Source: Candidatus Multivoradales bacterium (GTDB lineage Bacteria > Acidobacteriota > Thermoanaerobaculia > Multivoradales > Multivoraceae). Taken from it: a stretch of 64,000 bases of DNA. Location: positions 2,304,001-2,368,000 of the forward strand of contig CBDCWI010000002.1 of the NCBI GenBank assembly GCA_965223325.1. The letters run 5' to 3'. The position numbers and the translations under genes were made by a program. Positions within the stretch are counted from its first letter, which is position 1; each line of letters opens with the position of its first letter. Shown in pieces: positions 59,101 to 64,000 of this stretch. The notes below the pieces were generated by a model. It made no database searches. It was not told where the DNA came from and worked only from the letters and a program-made list of their open reading frames with translations.

Positions 59101-61922
59101 GGAGCAGCGGCGTCGGCCGAGTGGAGGTCGCCACCGTAGATCCGCTCCGTGATGCGGCGCTCAGCAGCACCGAAGGCCTGGCGCGACCAGCGGGTGCGCA
59201 CATCGCCGGGGCTCGTTCCCGAAGCCTGCTCACGAACGCGCTTGTGGGAAAGAAAACCCGTTCTCGGATCGAAGCCGTAGTCGGTGCGTGCCTTGACACC
59301 ACCTTCCTCGATGGTCTTGTACGTGTAGGTCCCGAGAAGAAACGGCTGACCCGGATCGCCCTTGGGCCAGGGGCTCCAGGGAGAGAGCCCACAGGCACCA
59401 CCGGGGAGAGCCACTCCATCGTTGTCGACCCGCAGGACGCCGCGCGACGGGTGATGTTCGGTGCGGGCGATCTTGAAAAGACTCCCGGGAAGATTCCCGC
59501 CCGTCACCTGGCGACGGTAGTTCCCGTAGCCGTCAAAGCAGGTCTTCTCTTCGTAGGTGAAGCGGTTCCCGTCGTCGAGGTAGCGCGTGTGACTCGAGCG
59601 CTCCCGACGGTTGCCGCACGAGCTCAGCGGCTCGCACGACTCCTTGTTCCACTCCCAGCGGCTAAAGACCTGACGCACCACCGGGCAGTTGCCCTTCCCA
59701 TCGCAGTCGAGGATCTCGCGCGACAGGTAGCGTTTCTCGGTGGAGTTGGGGAGCGTGTCGCTCACGTGGCGTGAGAAGGGAAGCCCCTGCTCTTCGCTGC
59801 GGTAGCCGTCCCGCGACTGGATCCCCCTGCTCCCCGCCATCCAGCCCGAGAAGTAGTGCCGCTCCTTGTCGCCGAGCGGAGTGGTGACCGTGGTCGTCGT
59901 GTACTGCTCTTTTGTCTGGTCGCTGGGGTTGGAAGGAGAGCAGACGCTCTCCACCGAGGAGTGGGTTGCGTTCTCGTAGCGCCAGCGGCCGAGATCGGCT
60001 CCCGAATGAGCCCGGCGTTCTCTCGTTGCAACCCCCGGGGTCGTTGGCGGGGTGACATTCGGGGTTCCCGGGGGCGTGTCCTCACAGGAGACGATGACCG
60101 GGATCTTCCACTCCCGCCAGGTGTAGACCAGCTTCCCGAGGGTCGGAAGGGTGAGACTCGAGAGCATGCCACCAGTCGTTGCGTTCCCCGCCGGGCCGCC
60201 GGGGCCACCCCAGTAGCGCAGGGTGTAGGGCCGGGTCGTACCAGCCTCGGGAGAGGTCAAAGAACGCAGAAGCGGCACCGCGACGTGCCCGCCGCGGTAG
60301 TCGTTGATGGGCCGTGGAATCGAGGCCGCTCCCGGTTCGTAGCCGAAGACCCAGGTGGCTCGCTCGCCCCCGAATGCCGCCAGGTCAACCGTCTGTGGCA
60401 GATGACGAGTCACACCGTCCCAGGTGCGAGGAGCCCAGGTCGCCGTGTGCTCGCGGCCGACCGTGTCGGTGATCTTCGACCACTGGCGACCGCTCCCGTT
60501 GTAGTGCACGGTGAGCGCATTGCCGAAGCGGTCTTCGATGCGGGTCAGCCGATAGAGCGGCCGCGTGCTGCCGGCGACACTGAAGGCGGTGAAGGTGTGG
60601 AGCTCACCGCTCCCGAAGTGGATGCGCCGGGTGTTGTCGCCAATGAGCTCGAGGCGCAGGTAGCTTCCGTCCCTGGTTTCGTACCAATCACCGCCGATTC
60701 CGTAGAAGGAGTGGTCGGCGCCATCGGGACCGCTGTAGACCCAGAGAGGACCGGGGTTCCAGTGACCGCCCTCGTTCGGGGCGAAGAGCTCGCCCAGGGA
60801 GAAGCGCCAGCCGATCCCGGCGTTGAAGCGCGTCGACGCCGAGGCCTCGGCCCCGGCCGAGTTGCTCTCCCAGTCCCAGAGGCGGGAGTTATAGACCAGG
60901 CTGAAGCCGTACGAGAAGCCATCGCCCACCGGGTAGGTGATCCCGATCGGGATGGTGAGCGACAGGTTGCCGTTGAACAGGTTCACCTGGTCGAGGTCAT
61001 TCCACTCGTACAGCTGGTCGGCATCGAAGCCGCGCTCGAAGTTGGGGAGCTTGCCGCCCGTCTCGGTGTTTCGACCCTGAGCACGCGCTCTGGATGCGGC
61101 CTCGGTCGTCAAGTGAACGGAGCGTTCGAAGGCCTCTGCTGTTTCGGTGCTGTCGAGGGCACCGCCTCCAGCCAGCAGGACGGCGTTCAAACGCACCACG
61201 AAGAAGTCGAGCGCACGCGGGGCGAGACCCACCACCACGTCTCCTTCTTCGAGAGCCTCGGGCGGCGCTGTGCTCGAACCCCGGCCCACGAAGTCGGCCA
61301 GCTCGACGAGCGCTTCCCCGTTCTCTTCTTCGTCGCGGTCTGTTTCCTGCCCGTCGACCGCTTCGTGGGCCCAGACACCCCCGCCCGAGGAAGTGGAGTT
61401 CTCGGGCCGCACGACCCAGAACTGCATGCGCCCAGAGCGCGCGTGCAGCACATCCGCCAGGCCGTCGCTGGTGAAACCCGAAGAGCGCACCAGCTCCCGC
61501 GGAGACGGTATGGCGCGCGGCTTGGCACCGCCCAGCCCCGAGCCGATCGCAGCACCGGTCGACAGGTCGACGGCCATCCACACCGACTCTGGTGCCACGA
61601 TGTCGCCGTTCTCCGGCACAAAGCGCACGACACCGTCGCCGTCGCTGTCATCGAGAAGCTCTTCGGTTGTCGCGGTCTGCCAGAGCGAACCGTTGAAGAA
61701 CCGGCTATGGCCCACCAACAGAATGCGCTCGCCGGCCGCGACGCCCCGGACGACGACCGCATCGTCTTCGGCGTAGAGCGAAAGGCCGTCGTTCGTGGCG
61801 GCGATGGCGGGGCTCGGCAGGAGCCCGAGAAGCGCAAGCGCTGCTAGGGCGACCAGCCCTGTGAGCCGGCAAGGGCCAGAACTAAACCGAAACAGGGAAA
61901 CAAAGAGCGACGGACGATGCAT
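56160..61922 (-). CDS. Rhs/YD-repeat polymorphic toxin (1920 aa) with Sec-type signal peptide
   Basis: Signal peptide, VNLFNGNL motif, YD repeats, HTDHLG, FTGHERD, DYMHARYY and DPDG, then a ~155-aa C-terminal domain. Confidence 0.92.
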   Translation of the reverse strand: MHRPSLFVSLFRFSSGPCRLTGLVALAALALLGLLPSPAIAATNDGLSLYAEDDAVVVRGVAAGERILLVGHSRFFNGSLWQTATTEELLDDSDGDGVVRFVPENGDIVAPESVWMAVDLSTGAAIGSGLGGAKPRAIPSPRELVRSSGFTSDGLADVLHARSGRMQFWVVRPENSTSSGGGVWAHEAVDGQETDRDEEENGEALVELADFVGRGSSTAPPEALEEGDVVVGLAPRALDFFVVRLNAVLLAGGGALDSTETAEAFERSVHLTTEAASRARAQGRNTETGGKLPNFERGFDADQLYEWNDLDQVNLFNGNLSLTIPIGITYPVGDGFSYGFSLVYNSRLWDWESNSAGAEASASTRFNAGIGWRFSLGELFAPNEGGHWNPGPLWVYSGPDGADHSFYGIGGDWYETRDGSYLRLELIGDNTRRIHFGSGELHTFTAFSVAGSTRPLYRLTRIEDRFGNALTVHYNGSGRQWSKITDTVGREHTATWAPRTWDGVTRHLPQTVDLAAFGGERATWVFGYEPGAASIPRPINDYRGGHVAVPLLRSLTSPEAGTTRPYTLRYWGGPGGPAGNATTGGMLSSLTLPTLGKLVYTWREWKIPVIVSCEDTPPGTPNVTPPTTPGVATRERRAHSGADLGRWRYENATHSSVESVCSPSNPSDQTKEQYTTTTVTTPLGDKERHYFSGWMAGSRGIQSRDGYRSEEQGLPFSRHVSDTLPNSTEKRYLSREILDCDGKGNCPVVRQVFSRWEWNKESCEPLSSCGNRRERSSHTRYLDDGNRFTYEEKTCFDGYGNYRRQVTGGNLPGSLFKIARTEHHPSRGVLRVDNDGVALPGGACGLSPWSPWPKGDPGQPFLLGTYTYKTIEEGGVKARTDYGFDPRTGFLSHKRVREQASGTSPGDVRTRWSRQAFGAAERRITERIYGGDLHSADAAAPAYVREARYRYGTLSRAGFVGYPVELSGTVDPSTGYLSRSTDGSGLGIDYSFDRLGRIRRLEPDQTTWLEYRYTRPEGNDGGWVYTHYRPNGKRTGGDLARERVRFDNLGRLNLESRLLPGGIWSNRIIGYDPSGNRRFVSEWGDTSKRTQFLSYDPFGRARVIRPPEGKVHQKRFVYRGIRLTTEWSEVGAGGSGSDVTLESIPKRLHYDAFGRLSKVEEHSAGAAKSRVQTAYTYDHADRLRTVRTSHGGVTQKRTFSYDLRGFLVSEDRPERTAGHAPKETRYADYDALGNVGFVRNAWRQLCHRYDGAGRPVRIDFSFAGDCQNEEGGFLPLKEWQWSNASSGSNRSGGKVTRLVRHNHLTLYRPDREDHVVRVEQELEYWGRGGLASSRRTGIYVNDNLSNAFSQGFEYDDLGATIRIHYPRCEGGGYATPCTNDPAPSRSVSFEYGRGFLRKVPGYINSVGYHRNQALASIVFRNGVTETHTLDPYSKRRPRRISTSGVGSNRNWSTGTYTYDGSGNVLSIGGSWYRYDAVHRLAEAGVHLARGGAGSERRQVFTYDVFGNLQRTAGGGGRATPTSQHTNRLTVAGTRYQQDGSLIEADGRIFRYGAFGEVLCASSVFPDNPCVQDDGSTSPPSQQSSAVYIYDASDERIWEYDLAARSQWAIRDLGGQVLREYTTDNGVFTYEDTIRGLGRVLAAETSEGRRYLHTDHLGTVRQTTDREGNEVAYDVYYPYGREATTSEQDGLQWKFTGHERDFNHTGSAEDDLDYMHARYYSPGLGRFTTTDPINSGKPGFPQTWNKYTYATASPLTKVDPDGREPVSSTVVVVSATAAAAGAVAVWASSPNPVQPEMTNLEVVQEDLREGAEALIDLGRAARDAIANIFRSSRSDEDATDVDDEGQSSETGRDSRTIETGSDALDQLDSIEKKQSDLRRGKTDGVIIDSIEKSERRAQNALDRIRTLDDALEDWGLRDEDE

Positions 61923-62178
61923 GGCGACTCCCGAGTCGCTCCCGCAACGCGAAGTCGCGGGAGAGCAGGAGTCGCTCTACTGCTAAGCCGGTTCGATCAA
62001 GGACCCCAGTAGGGCCCTCGTGCCGGAACCGACCGCGGAGCGTTCGTCACGGATGACGAGACGAGCGACTCCCGCCTGGTGGCAAGAGAACTCGCGAGTG
62101 TCCGTACATGAGTTTCAACGAAGACTCCACGCCCAAAAAGCGACCGCGGAGTCCAAACAAACAATAGAAGAGAGTCCG

Positions 62179-62207
62179 ACAATACAACTTGAATGTTGAA
62201 TCGTCAA
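62179..62207 (-). promoter_or_regulatory. Sigma70-type promoter of the Rhs gene
   Basis: TTGACG-N17-TATTGT on the minus strand in an AT-rich patch; the spacer holds an ATTCAA direct repeat. Confidence 0.55.
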
Positions 62208-62339
62208 CTGGCCCAGCGAACTTCACCCCCATCGGGGCCCACTGCGCCCGGCTCTGTAACGCCCAGACCCCGTTTCCGGAAAGCACTCATCAAGCGCACT
62301 ACAGCGCCCTCGTGAGTGAAGAAGCTCATGGGTCTCAAC

Positions 62340-62363
62340 GCCGGGAGGTCCCCGCCTCCCGGC
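62340..62363. terminator. Hairpin downstream of the transporter
   Basis: GCCGGGAGG-tccccg-CCTCCCGGC; weak U-tract. Confidence 0.5.
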
Positions 62364-62395
62364 ATTTCTGGTTGCCTTCGCTCCGGCGAACGCTC

Positions 62396-63910
62396 CTAGC
62401 GAACTCCGTGCGTCATCCTGTTGATCAGCGGAGAGAGAACCAGGAACACCAGGCCCGAAACGATCGCCACCATCGCAACGGTGCTAAAGAGCTGCGACAC
62501 CGGCATCGACTCGATCCGGGCACCGACCAGGCCAGCGATCAGGTTGCCCAGGGCGGCGCCCATGAACCAGGTCCCCATCATCTGGCCCACCAGGCGTTCC
62601 GGTGCCAACTTGGTCATCGAACTCAGTCCCACCGGGCTCAAACAAAGCTCGCCGACCGTGTGGAAGAAGTACGTCACCACCAACCACCTCATGCCGACCA
62701 GAGGAATCGAGCCGTCGGCGTTCGGAGTCGGTGCGCCCCAGGCGAGAACCAGGAAGCCAACGCCGAGCAGCACCAGTCCGAGAAAGAACTTCACCGGAAT
62801 CGAAGGGTTGCGCTTGCCGAGCCACACCCAGAGACTTCCGATCACCGGCGAGAGGAGAATGATCAGCATCGAGTTGACGTTCTGCACCGAGCCGGCCGGA
62901 ACTTCAAAGCTGCCCACCATACGATCGGTGAAGTCGCGCGCGAACAGAGTCATCGAGGAGCCGGCCTGCTCGAAGCCCGACCAGAACAGCGCCGCGCCGA
63001 GAAACAAGAGCGCACAGACCGCAACCCGACCGCGCTCCACCTTGTCGCGACACACGAAGGCGATCACATAGGCAAAGTAGACCAGCGACAGGGCCGTAAC
63101 GATGTAGCCCGTCAGGTCAACGAACCCCAGCGGCCCGCCCTCGGGCGCCTGCATGAAGAGCAACCGGCCACTCGAGACCAACCACCAAACAAGAGCCGCC
63201 AGCGCCACAAACACTCCAACACCAGCCATCAGCTGGCGCCAACCGGTCGCGATGCGCTGCGGGTCGTTCTCAGAGTCCGCCAGGTCACCGGCACCCTCCA
63301 GCTGGCGCTGCCCGTACCAGTACTGAATCACGCCCAGGGTCATACCAATCGCCGCCGCACCGAAGCCCAGGTGCCAGTCGTACTTCTCGCCCAGAAAAGG
63401 GCAGATCAACTGACCGAGGAACGCACCGAGGTTGATGCCCGAGTAGAAGATGCCAAACCCCGCGTCGCGCCGCGCGCCACCCTCGGGGTAGAGATCGCCA
63501 ACGATCGCACTGACGTTCGGCTTCAAGAGCCCGGTTCCCACCGTGACCAGAAACAAACCAGCGAAGAACGTCGACTGGCTGTTGATGAACAGGCAGTAGT
63601 GGCCCAGGGCGATGACGATTCCGCCCCACAGCACCGCCTTCTTCTTGCCGATCAAGCGATCCGCCACCCAGCCGCCAGGCAAAGCCAGGGCATAAACGCC
63701 AAAGGTATAGAGCCCATAAACCGCCGACGCCATCGGCACGCCCATGCCAAAGCCGCCGTTGGCGACCGCATCTGTCATGAAGAGCACCAGGAGCGCGCGC
63801 ATACCGTAGTAGCTGAAGCGCTCCCACATCTCAGTAAAGAAGAGTGTCGACAGCCCACGGGGATGCCCCATGAACTGTTGTCCAGACGGAATCGGATCAG
63901 CTGTGCTCAT
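62396..63910 (-). CDS. Proton-dependent oligopeptide (POT/PTR) MFS transporter
   Basis: GHPRGL..LFFTEMWERFSYYGMR, GTGLLKPN, FYSGINLGA and GELCLSPVGLS motifs. Confidence 0.95.
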   Translation of the reverse strand: MSTADPIPSGQQFMGHPRGLSTLFFTEMWERFSYYGMRALLVLFMTDAVANGGFGMGVPMASAVYGLYTFGVYALALPGGWVADRLIGKKKAVLWGGIVIALGHYCLFINSQSTFFAGLFLVTVGTGLLKPNVSAIVGDLYPEGGARRDAGFGIFYSGINLGAFLGQLICPFLGEKYDWHLGFGAAAIGMTLGVIQYWYGQRQLEGAGDLADSENDPQRIATGWRQLMAGVGVFVALAALVWWLVSSGRLLFMQAPEGGPLGFVDLTGYIVTALSLVYFAYVIAFVCRDKVERGRVAVCALLFLGAALFWSGFEQAGSSMTLFARDFTDRMVGSFEVPAGSVQNVNSMLIILLSPVIGSLWVWLGKRNPSIPVKFFLGLVLLGVGFLVLAWGAPTPNADGSIPLVGMRWLVVTYFFHTVGELCLSPVGLSSMTKLAPERLVGQMMGTWFMGAALGNLIAGLVGARIESMPVSQLFSTVAMVAIVSGLVFLVLSPLINRMTHGVR

Positions 63911-64000
63911 GACGGCTCCAAACTTCAGGTATTGGGCGGAAAGTCAGGCGATTCCAGAAGACCCGGCACCCACCAGGCCCTCGAGAGCAACCAGAACCCG

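Noticed and set aside
59856-61847. 663-aa plus-strand ORF (and 58437-59774)
   Set aside because: Antisense to the Rhs gene, with no recognisable motifs.

Overview
GC-rich bacterial chromosomal window. The C-terminal FADGFES tail and the signal-peptide-bearing Rhs suggest Acidobacteriota (Thermoanaerobaculia-like), which is an inference. Housekeeping genes: GST, PQQ/heme dehydrogenase, proline dehydrogenase, lipA/lipB, nadABC with a NadQ-type regulator and two operator boxes, E2/E3 (sucB-like, lpdA), fbaB, prfB (programmed +1 frameshift), lnt, nfeD/slipin and a POT transporter. Four accessory zones are interleaved. (1) A ~14.5 kb block between nadA and nadQ encodes vapBC, a sigma54-driven DsbA-like protein, a clan-CD (C13/legumain-like) protease-PDZ-thioredoxin fusion, a 1144-aa Cys-rich tandem-repeat secreted protein and isopeptide-domain surface proteins. 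(2) A 1.3 kb non-coding region is packed with long base-paired structures, including two ~420-bp tandem units. (3) A group II intron with an atypical 5' end splits a GNAT gene. (4) An Rhs polymorphic-toxin locus carries orphan toxin/immunity modules. Three copies of a ~43-bp hairpin repeat flank a decayed HUH (RAYT-like) transposase and sit where toxin coding sequences are truncated at both edges of the orphan block. The best candidates for an undescribed system are the repeat-bounded Rhs cassette array, the protease/thiol-oxidase/Cys-rich-protein cluster and the structured tandem non-coding units. All calls come from reading motifs by eye; no searches or folding computations were run.
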